From contig CAVPSJ010000020.1 of NCBI GenBank assembly GCA_963708295.1, positions 64,001 to 128,000 on the forward strand: a stretch of 64,000 bases of DNA, in the 5' to 3' direction. The DNA is from an uncultured delta proteobacterium (GTDB taxonomy: Bacteria > Desulfobacterota > BSN033 > UBA1163). Below are positions 1-9,742 of the stretch, one piece after another. The translations under genes were made by a program, and so were the position numbers. Numbering within the stretch: the first letter of the stretch is position 1; each line of letters begins with the position of its first letter. The notes beneath the pieces were generated by a model. It did not search any database. It had not been told where the DNA came from and saw nothing but the letters and a program-made list of their open reading frames with translations.

Positions 1-103
1 GCTGGAAAAAGAAGGGGTTCAGCTCTTCTCCGACTCCTTCTTTGCTCTGTTGAAGGAGATCGCAAAGAAGAGAGATTTGTTTTTGATGCAACCACATTCC
101 TAA
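1..103 (+). CDS. tal: Transaldolase, 3' end only (partial)
   Basis: Frame 2 reads LEKEGVQLFSDSFFALLKEIAKKR...PHS* (TAA 101-103), resembling a long-type transaldolase C-terminus; lies upstream of gnd-zwf-pgl. Confidence 0.6.
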   Translation, partial: LEKEGVQLFSDSFFALLKEIAKKRDLFLMQPHS

Positions 104-111
104 GGAGTCGA

Positions 112-445
112 ATCCCATCCCCCTCCCGACCTCCCCCTTGAAAGGGGAGGAGGGGGTTGATTACCTCTCCCTTGAAGGGGGAGGAAGGTACTGTTTCCCC
201 TCCCCTTCAGGGGGAGGGAAAGCCCTGAACCATGTAAGGTTCAGGACCAACCATGCATCCCACGTGGTACATGGGGTGGGGTAAACGGATGTCTAGTCAA
301 TTACGGACCGATTAATGACTCTCATTTCACTCAATGGATTGCCCCTCACCCTATCCCTCTCCCACCGGGGAGAGGGGAAGGTGAGGGGGGCCTAGTTTTC
401 ATACCCGCTGCGAGCCCTGCACCGCATGGTGTACAGGGCAAGCAA
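112..445. repeat. Cluster of REP-like palindromes
   Basis: Several CCCTCCCCTT-n-AGGGG(G)AGGG hairpins plus CCTGAACC-atgtaa-GGTTCAGG; 198-276 recurs inverted at 6707-6784. Confidence 0.8.
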
Positions 446-476
446 CGGGACTTTCTAACGGGGTAAAGGAGAAACT

Positions 477-1397
477 ATGCAAATCGGTATGATCGGACTC
501 GGACGGATGGGAATGAACATGGTCAGGCGACTGCTCAAAGGAAGACATAAGGTCGTCGCCTATAACCGCACACCTGACCGCGTCAAAGAAATTGTCAAAG
601 AGGGAGCGGATGGAGCCTATTCTCTCGACGAATTGGTTGAAAAACTGAAGCCCCCCCGTCTTGCCTGGCTCATGCTCCCTGCGGGCGGGCCCGTGGATGA
701 GCACATCAAGGAACTCCAGAGCCTGCTTGCCAAGGGTGACATCCTTGTGGAGGGGGGAAATAGTTATTACAGAGAGGACATCCGTCATGAGCAAGAGCTC
801 AAGCCTTTTGGAATCCATTACATGGATGTCGGCGTGAGTGGAGGCATTTGGGGGCTTAAGATTGGTTACTGTTTAATGGCCGGAGGAGACCGGAATATCT
901 ATAAGCACCTTGAACCCATCTTCAAGACCCTTGCCCCCAAGGACGGATATCTTTACTGCGGGAAAACAGGTTCAGGGCACTTCGTAAAGATGATTCATAA
1001 CGGGATTGAGTACGGCATGATGGGTGCTTACGGAGAGGGTTTTGAAATCCTGAAAGCTTCACCCTATGGAAAGGACCTCGATTTTTCAGAGGTTGCCCAT
1101 CTTTGGAACCAGGGCAGTGTGGTCAGGTCCTGGCTTCTGGAGCTTGCGGAAGGCGCATTCGAAAAAGACAATAATCTTTCATCCATTTCAGGCTATGTTG
1201 AAGATTCCGGCGAAGGACGATGGACGGTTCAACAGGCCATCGATACAGCTGTCCCCGCTCCTGTGATTGCCTCTTCCCTTTTTCAGCGATTCCGTTCTCG
1301 CAAGACGGATGCTTTCTCGGATAAAGTTCTTGCAGCCCTGAGACAGGAATTCGGCGGCCATGCCATTCTGAAAGCGGGCCAAAAGAAGCCTAAATGA
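477..1397 (+). CDS. gnd: 6-phosphogluconate dehydrogenase (decarboxylating, short form)
   Basis: IGLGRMG Rossmann motif, VSGG, GHFVKMIHNGIEYG, RQEFGGH; RBS AAGGAG. Confidence 0.95.
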   Translation: MQIGMIGLGRMGMNMVRRLLKGRHKVVAYNRTPDRVKEIVKEGADGAYSLDELVEKLKPPRLAWLMLPAGGPVDEHIKELQSLLAKGDILVEGGNSYYREDIRHEQELKPFGIHYMDVGVSGGIWGLKIGYCLMAGGDRNIYKHLEPIFKTLAPKDGYLYCGKTGSGHFVKMIHNGIEYGMMGAYGEGFEILKASPYGKDLDFSEVAHLWNQGSVVRSWLLELAEGAFEKDNNLSSISGYVEDSGEGRWTVQQAIDTAVPAPVIASSLFQRFRSRKTDAFSDKVLAALRQEFGGHAILKAGQKKPK

Positions 1398-1407
1398 AGG
1401 TGAGATA

Positions 1408-2979
1408 ATGGGTTCAGACGTTAATAAAAAGGCCGGTGGAACTGCTTCCCAGATGAAAACGGAGCCGGTTTACCCAACCGCTGGCCCTTGTGCTATCGAG
1501 ATTCCAGGGCCGTGCGGCCTGGTCATTTTCGGTGCTTCGGGAGACCTTACGAAAAGGAAAATACTTCCTTCCATCTACCGACTCCAAAAAAATCGCTTGC
1601 TTCCGGAAAAATTCTTTATCCTGGGGACAGGCCGGACAAAGATGAGTACGGATCAGTTCCGCGGAGAGGTGCTTTCTGCGGTGAAAAATGTATTCACAAA
1701 GGATTTCGATGAATCCTCCTGGAATGAACTCGCAGACAGAATAGATTACTGTCCGATTGATTATACCGTTCAGGAAACCTACGCTCGATCGCTTAAAGAG
1801 AAGCTTCTTCAGATCGAAAAGAAGCACCAGACAGGAGGGAATCGAATCTTTTATTTAGCCATCCCGCCCACTCTTTATGAGAATGTCATTTCAAATCTCG
1901 GAGCGACGGGACTTTCGCAGGGAGAACGGGGTTACACGCATGTGGTCATCGAAAAACCCTTCGGCCGGGACCTCGATTCAGCCAGAAGACTCAACCGCAT
2001 TGTTAAGAATTCTTTTGATGAAAAACAGGTCTACCGGATTGACCACTTTCTGGCTTTAGAGACCGTTCAGAATATCCTCATGCTTCGATTCGCCAATTCC
2101 ATTTTCGAGCCCTTATGGAACCGGGGGTATATCGACCATATCCAGATCATGGCCTCAGAAACACTGGGCATTGAACAGCGGGCGGGATATTACGAGGAAG
2201 CGGGTGTCATCAGGGATATGTTCCAGAATCACATGTTTCAGCTCCTCGCCCTGACGGCCATGGAGCCCCCGGCCAGCTTTGGGGCGGAACCTGTGAGAGA
2301 CGAAAAGGTCAAGGTTTTTAACTCCATCCAACCATTTCCAATGGATCGCTTGAGCGACTTCGTGGCGATCGGACAGTACGGAAAGGGCAGGATCGATCAG
2401 AATCCGGTTGCCGGGTATCGGGAAGAGAAAGGGGTTTCAGAAAAATCGGTCACGCCCACCTTTGCAGCCATGAAGGTGCTGATTGATAACTGGCGGTGGA
2501 ACGGGGTGCCGTTCTATCTCCGGTCCGGGAAAAGATTATCCAGCCGGAGGACGGAGATTTCCGTTCATTTCAAGCCCGTTCCACACTTGATGTTCTTGAA
2601 TACCTTGAACGAACCCATCGAACCGAATCGATTGGTCCTCCGCGTTCACCCGGACGAAGGAATGAACCTCATTCTTCATACGAAGAACCCCGGCTCGGAA
2701 GTCTGCCTTAATCCGATTTCAATGGATTTTTGCTATCCGAGGAATGTTTTGATGGATGCCTATGAATGGGTATTACTGAATTGTATGCATGATGACCAAT
2801 TACTATTCGTCAGGGAGGATGGCGTAGAAAAATCATGGTCCTTGCTCACTCCGGTGATAGAGCGCCTTGAATCCACGACCTCCCCGGATCAATTTCCTAA
2901 TTATGCCTCAGGTTCATCCGGGCCCAGGGAGGCAGACATCTTGATCCAGAGGGACGGTCGGGCATGGAGACCCCTGTAA
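1408..2979 (+). CDS. zwf: Glucose-6-phosphate 1-dehydrogenase (atypical RIDHFLALE motif)
   Basis: GASGDL, EKPFG, RDMFQNH and RWNGVPFYLRSGK motifs; operon context. Confidence 0.92.
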   Translation: MGSDVNKKAGGTASQMKTEPVYPTAGPCAIEIPGPCGLVIFGASGDLTKRKILPSIYRLQKNRLLPEKFFILGTGRTKMSTDQFRGEVLSAVKNVFTKDFDESSWNELADRIDYCPIDYTVQETYARSLKEKLLQIEKKHQTGGNRIFYLAIPPTLYENVISNLGATGLSQGERGYTHVVIEKPFGRDLDSARRLNRIVKNSFDEKQVYRIDHFLALETVQNILMLRFANSIFEPLWNRGYIDHIQIMASETLGIEQRAGYYEEAGVIRDMFQNHMFQLLALTAMEPPASFGAEPVRDEKVKVFNSIQPFPMDRLSDFVAIGQYGKGRIDQNPVAGYREEKGVSEKSVTPTFAAMKVLIDNWRWNGVPFYLRSGKRLSSRRTEISVHFKPVPHLMFLNTLNEPIEPNRLVLRVHPDEGMNLILHTKNPGSEVCLNPISMDFCYPRNVLMDAYEWVLLNCMHDDQLLFVREDGVEKSWSLLTPVIERLESTTSPDQFPNYASGSSGPREADILIQRDGRAWRPL

Positions 2980-3734
2980 TCGAAAAGTCGAATGGGAAGG
3001 TCGAGGTACTGTCGGATTTAGAAGCCCTGAGCCTCCGTGCTGCCTCGATCTTTGTGATTGCCACAAAAAGCTCGATTGCAAGAAAGAAGCGATTTGCGGT
3101 GGCGATTTCAGGAGGATCGACTCCGGGAAGATTGTATACGCTCTTGGGTTCCGAGGCCTATCGCCATCAGGTCGACTGGCAATCCGTCCATTTTTTCTGG
3201 GCGGATGAGCGCTGTGTGCCGAAGGATGATGAAGCAAGCAATTTCAGGACCGCTTTCGATCCCCTCATATCAAAGATTGCTTTGCCCGACAAAAACATTC
3301 ATCGAATTAAAGGGGAGGAAGCCCCTGACAAAGCTGCCAGGGGTTACGAAGAAGAGATCGGAAGATTTTTCGGAGGATCGGAAAGGCCACGGTTTGATCT
3401 GATTATTCTTGGAATGGGAGAAGACGGGCATACGGCCTCACTCTTTCCGGGCTCGAAGTCACTCGAGGAAACGGTCAGGCTTGCTGTCCCGGTCTATTTG
3501 GAGGAGCCCGAAAAGAATAGGATCACCCTTACCCTTCCTGTCTTAAACAATGCCGATCAGATACTCTTTCTCGTCGCAGGATCTTCCAAAGCTTCTGTCC
3601 TGTCCGAGATCTTAGGAGAGAAAGAAAAAAAGAAAGGGTTTCCTGCGGGAATGATCCGTCCTGCCCACGGAAACATCACATGGTTGATTGATCATGAGGC
3701 AGCTGGGAAATTAGGAGGGTTGAGGTTTCATTAA
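2964..3734 (+). CDS. pgl: 6-phosphogluconolactonase
   Basis: SGGSTP, DERCV, LGMGEDGHTASLFP, RITLT motifs. Confidence 0.95.
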   Translation: METPVIEKSNGKVEVLSDLEALSLRAASIFVIATKSSIARKKRFAVAISGGSTPGRLYTLLGSEAYRHQVDWQSVHFFWADERCVPKDDEASNFRTAFDPLISKIALPDKNIHRIKGEEAPDKAARGYEEEIGRFFGGSERPRFDLIILGMGEDGHTASLFPGSKSLEETVRLAVPVYLEEPEKNRITLTLPVLNNADQILFLVAGSSKASVLSEILGEKEKKKGFPAGMIRPAHGNITWLIDHEAAGKLGGLRFH

Positions 3735-3762
3735 AGATCTCAAAATTGTAATGACATGTATT

Positions 3763-3930
3763 AAAATCTCCCCCCTGCCTTCGCCGAAGCGGCTTCGCGC
3801 AGGCAGGTCGCCCCTCTCCATCGACAAGCTCAGGATGGGAGCAAGTCGAACCATTTGCCAAATCCCGCGGAAGGCGGGACCTTTGTAAAGCCTGCCTGCC
3901 GGTAGGCAGGGGAGGTGAGGAGGGATTTTA
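3763..3930. repeat. Composite REP-like intergenic repeat
   Basis: Nested hairpins (TCCCGC-ggaag-GCGGGA; CCTGCCTGCCGGTAGGCAGG, also seen at ~7912 and, as a variant, ~38926). Confidence 0.65.
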
Positions 3931-4030
3931 TAAAAACAATGTTATCATTAGAAGTCGTGGGATATCTTAACACCCACTGGAAATCTGGTAAAATTGAAAC
4001 ACCTCATAACGTGTGTCAGGAGGAGGAACA

Positions 4031-5002
4031 ATGAACGATTTCGAAAAACAGGTTGCGGGAATCAACGGTCAGGGATTGCACAGCGCGAGCATCGAGACAT
4101 TACAGGTCAATCTCGGGCTCCTGTGCAACCAGCGGTGTACGCACTGCCACCTTGAGGCCTCTCCACAAAGAGATGAAATCATGGAATGGCCTGTGATGGA
4201 GCTGGTCCTGGAGGCGGCCAAGAGTGCCCGGTGCCAACGGGTCGATCTCACCGGCGGAGCCCCTGAGCTCAACCCCCATTTTCGCCAATTTGTAGCGGCT
4301 CTTCGTCGGGACAGCATTTCCGTGCAGGTGCGAACGAACCTGACCGTGCTCTTTGAACCGGCTATGGAAAGCATGCCGGAATTCCTCAGGAAGCACCGGG
4401 TTCGGGTCGTGGCATCCATGCCATGTTATCTGGAAGAGAATGTTCGTGCCCAACGCGGCGTGGGGACCTATGAGAAAAGCGTTGCAGCGATCAAAATACT
4501 TAATGGTTTTGGGTATGGTTCTGACCCGGAATTGCCCCTCAACCTCGTGTACAATCCTGGGGGACCGTTTCTGCCACCCGCACAGTCGGCGCTTGAGGAA
4601 GACTACAGGCGCGAACTGGGTCAGCGCTTCGGCATCGTTTTTAATCACCTTCTCACCATCGCGAATATGCCTCTGGGGCGGTTTCGAAATGAGCTGGACC
4701 GGCAGGGCCAACGGGAGACCTATCTGCGACTGTTCCGAGATTCATTCAATCTTGAAACTGTGTCCGGGTTAATGTGCCGCAACCAGTTGAGCGTAGGGTG
4801 GGACGGGACCCTCTATGACTGCGATTTCAACGTGGCCCTTGGCCTTCCCGTGAACCACGGGGCTCCTGATCATATCAAAAACTTTAAAGCGGAAGACTTG
4901 ACGATGCGGCGAATTGTCACCGGAGATCACTGCTTTGGATGCACCGCCGGATCAGGGTCCTCCTGCGGCGGAGCACTGGTATCTTTCTCCTCCCCTCGGT
5001 AA
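4031..5002 (+). CDS. arsS: Arsenosugar-biosynthesis radical SAM protein ArsS family
   Basis: QVNLGLLCNQRCTHCH, DLTGGAPELNP, ASMPCY, LMCR, YDCDFN, C-terminal HCFGCTAGSGSSCGG; RBS AGGAGG before ATG 4031. Confidence 0.85.
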   Translation: MNDFEKQVAGINGQGLHSASIETLQVNLGLLCNQRCTHCHLEASPQRDEIMEWPVMELVLEAAKSARCQRVDLTGGAPELNPHFRQFVAALRRDSISVQVRTNLTVLFEPAMESMPEFLRKHRVRVVASMPCYLEENVRAQRGVGTYEKSVAAIKILNGFGYGSDPELPLNLVYNPGGPFLPPAQSALEEDYRRELGQRFGIVFNHLLTIANMPLGRFRNELDRQGQRETYLRLFRDSFNLETVSGLMCRNQLSVGWDGTLYDCDFNVALGLPVNHGAPDHIKNFKAEDLTMRRIVTGDHCFGCTAGSGSSCGGALVSFSSPR

Positions 5003-5142
5003 CGAGCCGTGTCAACCCGAGGAGGAGGAGGAAGACCGTTGTGTTCCTCCCCCTTCAAGGGGGAGGCTAGGAAGGGGATGGGGATGTTGAACTCGTTTCA
5101 GCATCTCATTTGACGCGTTTGTATTACTCCCGGGAGGTAACC

Positions 5143-6664
5143 ATGTCTCAGATCCCGCAAGTTTTACCTCATGACGTTCACAATGAGGCTTTGGTTTCCA
5201 ATGTCCACCCAAAGGATTGGGAAAATCCTGAGCCTGCCTCTCGTTACAACCTGGTGGTGATCGGAGCAGGGACGGCGGGGTTAGTAACCGCAGCCGGCGC
5301 CGCAGGACTTGGGGCAAAGGTTGCCCTCGTGGAGCGGCACCTTCTCGGAGGCGATTGTCTTAATGTGGGATGCGTCCCCTCGAAATGCATTATTCGCTCC
5401 TCACGAATGGCGGCGGAGATTCGTGAGGCCGACCAATTTGGCATCCGGGTTCCGGAGGGTATGGGGATCGATTTTCCTTCCGTGATGGAGCGCATGAGAA
5501 GGCTTCGGGCCCAAATCAGCGCTCATGATTCGGCCAGACGGTTTAAAGATCTGGGGGTCGATGTCTTCCTGGGAGAGGGACGATTCACAGGTCCTGATAC
5601 GGTAGAGGTCGGAGGGAAGATTTTAAGATTCAAGAAGGCAGTCATCGCGACAGGCACGAGGCCCGTACACCCTGCCATTGACGGTATAGCCCAAGTTGGT
5701 TTTCTCACGAACGAAACCGTATTCTCCCTGACGGAGCAGACCGCGGCGAATGGCGGTCATTGGGGGAGGGCCTATTGGATGTGAACTGGCTCAGGCGTTT
5801 CGGCGGCTGGGTTCTGAGGTGATTCTCTTTCACAATGCTTCCCATATCCTAAACCGCGAGGACAGCGATGCGGCAGAAATTCTCCAGAAATCCTTCATTC
5901 GCGATGGGATCCGATTGGTCCTTAACTGTAAGACCAAACGGGTTGAAAAGAAGAATGGGAACAAGGTCATCCATATCGACTGCGGGGGAAAAGAGGACGA
6001 GATCGCAGTGGACGAAATCCTGGCGGGGGCGGGCCGGGCTCCGAATGTGGAGGGCCTGAACCTGGAGGCCGTGGGCGTGAAATACGATAAGAGGGAGGGA
6101 GTAGAAGCGAATGAATATTTGCAGACGACGAATCCGAGGATCTATGCTGCCGGCGATATCTGCCTGAAGTACAAGTTCACCCACACCGCCGACGCCACTG
6201 CCCGGATGGTCATCCAGAATGCCTTGTTTCTGGGCCGCAAGAAACAGAGCGCCTTGACGATTCCATGGTGTACTTACACGGATCCGGAGATTGCCCATGT
6301 CGGGATGTATGAGGCAGATGCGCAGGAGAAGGGAATCGCTGTTGACACCTTCATTAGGCCGCTGAATGACGTCGATCGTGCCATCGCCGATGGAGAGGAA
6401 GAAGGTTTTGTCAAGATCCACGTCAGGAAAGGGACGGATAAGATTCTCGGGGCAACGATCGTCGCCCGTCACGCCGGAGAGATGCTGAGTGAGATCACTC
6501 TGGCGATCGTGGGCGAGATTGGACTGGGAACACTGTCGAACGTGATCCATCCCTATCCCACCCAGGCCGAAGCCATCAAACAGGCAGCCGATGCCTATAA
6601 CCGCACCCGATTGACTCCTTTCATTAAAGGACTCTTCACCCGGTGGTTGGCCTGGACGAGATAA
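5143..6664 (+). CDS. MerA/dihydrolipoamide dehydrogenase-like pyridine nucleotide-disulfide oxidoreductase; one frameshift near 5740
   Basis: GAGTAG and GGDCLNVGCVPSK in ORF 5110-5784; GGGPIG, AAGD, HPYPT in ORF 5750-6664; no C-terminal CC pair, so not a true MerA. Confidence 0.85.
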
Positions 6665-6696
6665 CCAAGTTCTACTCAGACAAATGAGTCATCTAA

Positions 6697-6835
6697 CCCC
6701 ACCCCCGCCCCATGCACCACGTGGGATGCATGGCTGGTCCTGAACCTTACATGGTTCAGGGCTCCCTCCCCCTGAAGGGGAGGGAAATTGGTATGCTCCT
6801 CCCCCTTCAAGGGGGAGGGTAGGAGGGGGATAGGG
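6697..6835. repeat. REP-like composite, inverted copy of 198-276
   Basis: Reverse complement nearly identical to 198-276 over ~80 bp. Confidence 0.8.
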
Positions 6836-6988
6836 TAACTGTTGGAGTAGTATCAAAGTTACCATATCATAAGAATAGATGTCTCATTAAAATCTCCGCG
6901 TTTCATAAATTTGGCAAAGAGGAGCCGTTCGACGGAGAGTTCACGGCCATGAGCTTGTCGAGGGGTTAGGGGAGATTTTCGGAAGAAT

Positions 6989-7708
6989 ATGTCTAATGAA
7001 TTGAAAACCATTCCTTCAAGACCCACCAAGAGTCGAATGGGAGCAATAATAAAAGCTCTCGTGTTTGTCGTCTTCATCGTCGCAGCCATTTACGTCATCC
7101 GGTTCACACCGGTCAAAGATTTTCTCACCCGGGAGGCATTGAGTCATCGCCTAGAGTCTGCAGGCATGTGGGCCCCCCTATTTTTCATACTTGTCTATGC
7201 CGTCGGGGTGTGTTTTTTTGTCCCTGGGACTTTGCTCACTGCCCTTGGGGCGGCTATCTTCGGCGCTTATTGGGGATTTTTGTACGTCTGGATCGGGGCG
7301 ATGATCGGGGCGAGTGCTTCTTTCTGGATCGGGCGAACCCTGGGCAGGGAGTTTGCGGCTTCCCTCATCGGAGACCGGCTCAAAAAGTATGATGACGCCA
7401 TTGAGCGAAATGGGTTTGCGACGGTGCTCTATTTACGCCTGATCTATTTTCCCTTCACCATCATGGACTTTGGAATGGGGATTACGAAGGTGCGGTTCTG
7501 GGATTATTTTGCGGGAACCGGATTGGGCATCCTTGTCGGAACGTTCATTTTTACCTTTTTCATCGGCACACTGAAGGAGGTTTGGGCCAGCGGTCAATGG
7601 GGTCAATTACTTTCCTTCAAGCTGTTCTTCTCTGTGGGTCTCTTTGTCTTTTCCTTTTTCATCCCAAAGATCATCAAAAAACTGAAGAAAGAAAATGAGC
7701 GGGGCTAG
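6989..7708 (+). CDS. TVP38/TMEM64 (DedA/SNARE-associated) membrane protein
   Basis: VPGTLLTALGAAIFG, GRTLGR, LRLIYFPF; multiple hydrophobic segments. Confidence 0.88.
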   Translation: MSNELKTIPSRPTKSRMGAIIKALVFVVFIVAAIYVIRFTPVKDFLTREALSHRLESAGMWAPLFFILVYAVGVCFFVPGTLLTALGAAIFGAYWGFLYVWIGAMIGASASFWIGRTLGREFAASLIGDRLKKYDDAIERNGFATVLYLRLIYFPFTIMDFGMGITKVRFWDYFAGTGLGILVGTFIFTFFIGTLKEVWASGQWGQLLSFKLFFSVGLFVFSFFIPKIIKKLKKENERG

Positions 7709-7733
7709 CTGGATGCTGGGAAGTCATCTTTTT

Positions 7734-7950
7734 CAGGTTGCTCAAAAATGGCCCTGCCTACGCCGAGGCTTCGGCAGGCAGGCAGATGCAAGTTGAGTCT
7801 GCGAAATCCCGTTTACGGGGGCACCCGAATTCTTTTGTAGGGAACGCATATATGCGTTCCCTAAGGTGATGTACGCCGCAACGACGAAGGGTGAGGGTAA
7901 CGCCGCAGATGCCTGCCTGCCGGTAGGCAGGGGCGTTTTCCAGCAACCTG
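7734..7950. mobile_element. MITE-like element with ~15-bp terminal inverted repeats
   Basis: CAGGTTGCTCAAAAA ... TTTTCCAGCAACCTG (13/15 match); related ends at 29835-30096 and 38907. Confidence 0.6.
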
Positions 7951-9099
7951 TTAAATTCCTTTGGAGAATGGCTGTGCATATCCCGTCAATTCTGCATACC
8001 CCAACCCGTTGATCGGACTGCCCTGATATTTTCCTTCGACCTTTACACTTCCTTCCCAATAGGTCACCCGTGTGGATTCCTTGGTGATCAACTCCTGATC
8101 CTTGACCGTAGGCGAGAGGGTCAATTCAATTTGACGGGCCGGGACCGTTATCTTCCATTTAGAGGGATAGAGCGCTCCGCTCTTTGAACTTTTCCATCGG
8201 TCAAGGACTTCGATCTGAAATTCTTTCTCAGGGAGATGCTGATGGTTTCCGTCAGGAAATATGATGGTTCCACTCGAATAGGGATCGATTTTTCCGTCTC
8301 TATGCCGAATCTGATAAAACATTAACTCTATGCCATTATCCAACTGAATACTGAACCAATCCCACCCCAGCTGATATTCCCGGAGTTGAGCGGAGCCGAA
8401 TTCATGGTCCATCCAGCTGATTCCTTGAACAGGGACTTCCTTATTCTGTAAGAAGATCTTTCCTTCCGTTTTCAGGCGAGGGATGGAATAGTAATGCGAG
8501 GCAAATCCTTCTCCTTCGCCCTTCTGGCTAACCCCGTTTTGCCCATGGATCACCGGATTTTTGTCCGGTGTCAGCATCAGCTCCAGCCCAAACCTTTTAT
8601 CTCCGGCCTTGAGGGAGTGGTTTTGCATTGAAGGACCTTTCTCTTCGACAGACCAGTCCTCGATCCAGATTCGGAAGGTCTTTTCACCTGTCTTGTAAGG
8701 GGAAGCCCCTGCCTCGCCCAGGCTTCCACGACTGATCTTTTCAAGATATTCAAACTTTCCTCTGGATTCATCCGTGATCGCAAGATGAGCGAAATAGAGG
8801 TCGCGAATGGACCACTTCGATTTTTGTTGTTTTTTCTCCCTGTTCAAGCCCGTTCTAAAAAAGGTGAGTTGATAGCCGAAGGATCTTTTTTCTTGAGTTT
8901 GAGATTGGAGATGCCCGGAATAATACCACCATTCCGTCTTAAATTCAGGATGAGAAAAATGGTCTTGGGGAAAAGAAAAGACCTTTCCGGGAAGCGCCCG
9001 TTTGAAGTTTTGGCCTACGAGCGGAGAAGCAAATAAAGCAAGGCTCAGAAAAATTACAAAGCAGGCAGTCATTGCGAGCCAAAGCCGAAACAATCTCAT
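7951..9099 (-). CDS. AttH / carotenoid 1,2-hydratase-like lipocalin-domain secreted protein
   Basis: FPQDHFSHPEFKTEWWYYSG, SHYYSIPRL, WMDHEFG, WDWFSIQL, YWEG, GYAELTGY; start placed at ATG 9099 (signal-like N-terminus). Confidence 0.85.
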   Translation of the reverse strand: MRLFRLWLAMTACFVIFLSLALFASPLVGQNFKRALPGKVFSFPQDHFSHPEFKTEWWYYSGHLQSQTQEKRSFGYQLTFFRTGLNREKKQQKSKWSIRDLYFAHLAITDESRGKFEYLEKISRGSLGEAGASPYKTGEKTFRIWIEDWSVEEKGPSMQNHSLKAGDKRFGLELMLTPDKNPVIHGQNGVSQKGEGEGFASHYYSIPRLKTEGKIFLQNKEVPVQGISWMDHEFGSAQLREYQLGWDWFSIQLDNGIELMFYQIRHRDGKIDPYSSGTIIFPDGNHQHLPEKEFQIEVLDRWKSSKSGALYPSKWKITVPARQIELTLSPTVKDQELITKESTRVTYWEGSVKVEGKYQGSPINGLGYAELTGYAQPFSKGI

Positions 9100-9392
9100 C
9101 CTCGATCCCCTCGCCCTCCCTTTGCACCTCTTCTCCCTCTCCCCTCGGTTTCGAGTCGCAACGACTGGTGGGAGAGGGTGGGGGTGAGGGGGAAAATTTG
9201 CCGAGAGAGTATTGGAACTACCCGTAACCATAAAAGGGCACATTTTTTGCACAAAAAAGACAGCGCAGAACCAGAAAGTCTTGGAACTCGGGATGAATTG
9301 GATTTTTCACCTAAAGATCTCAAGTTTTCCAAAAAATCCAATATCATACGAAGTTTGTCTTTCATAGGATTATATGCAAAATGCCAAATAGA

Positions 9393-9531
9393 ATCAACCC
9401 ATTTGACTTCCGGTCTGTAGCCCGGGGTATGCCCCTCGGCCTGAGCTCGGGTCGAAGGTTCAGGGTTGATACTGAGCGGCGGTTTTTACCGCGATTTAGG
9501 ATTCGGAGTTTGGCGCAATCGAGCCTATCAA
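9393..9531. repeat. Dispersed repeat, copy 1 (copy 2 at 18338-18449)
   Basis: Shares AGCCCGGGGTATGC, TCAGGGTTGATACTGAGCGGCG and TTTGGCGC blocks with 18338-18449 in the same orientation. Confidence 0.75.
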
Positions 9532-9707
9532 CAATTATGTACAATTTTAGATACAGAAGCGCCAAAAACTGGTAAAAAGCCAGAACTAGGAGACCCGATT
9601 CCAAACAAATACGAATTTCGTCTATTAATTATTCGCCCCGGAAGACATGAATAGATACGAGAGAACTTTCCTTTTATAGATTTAGGGGACGTTGGTTCTA
9701 AAACAAC

Positions 9708-9736
9708 TTGACAGGTAGCGCGGAAGTATGTAAGGT
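9708..9736 (+). promoter_or_regulatory. Sigma70-like promoter overlapping the left TIR
   Basis: TTGACA 9708-9713, 17 bp spacer, TAAGGT 9731-9736; ATG only 6 nt further on (near-leaderless). Confidence 0.5.
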
Positions 9737-9742
9737 GGTTTT

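Noticed and set aside
5143-6664. Mercuric reductase MerA, suggested by hgcC in the window
   Set aside because: Lacks the C-terminal CC pair and the NmerA domain; no mer genes nearby.
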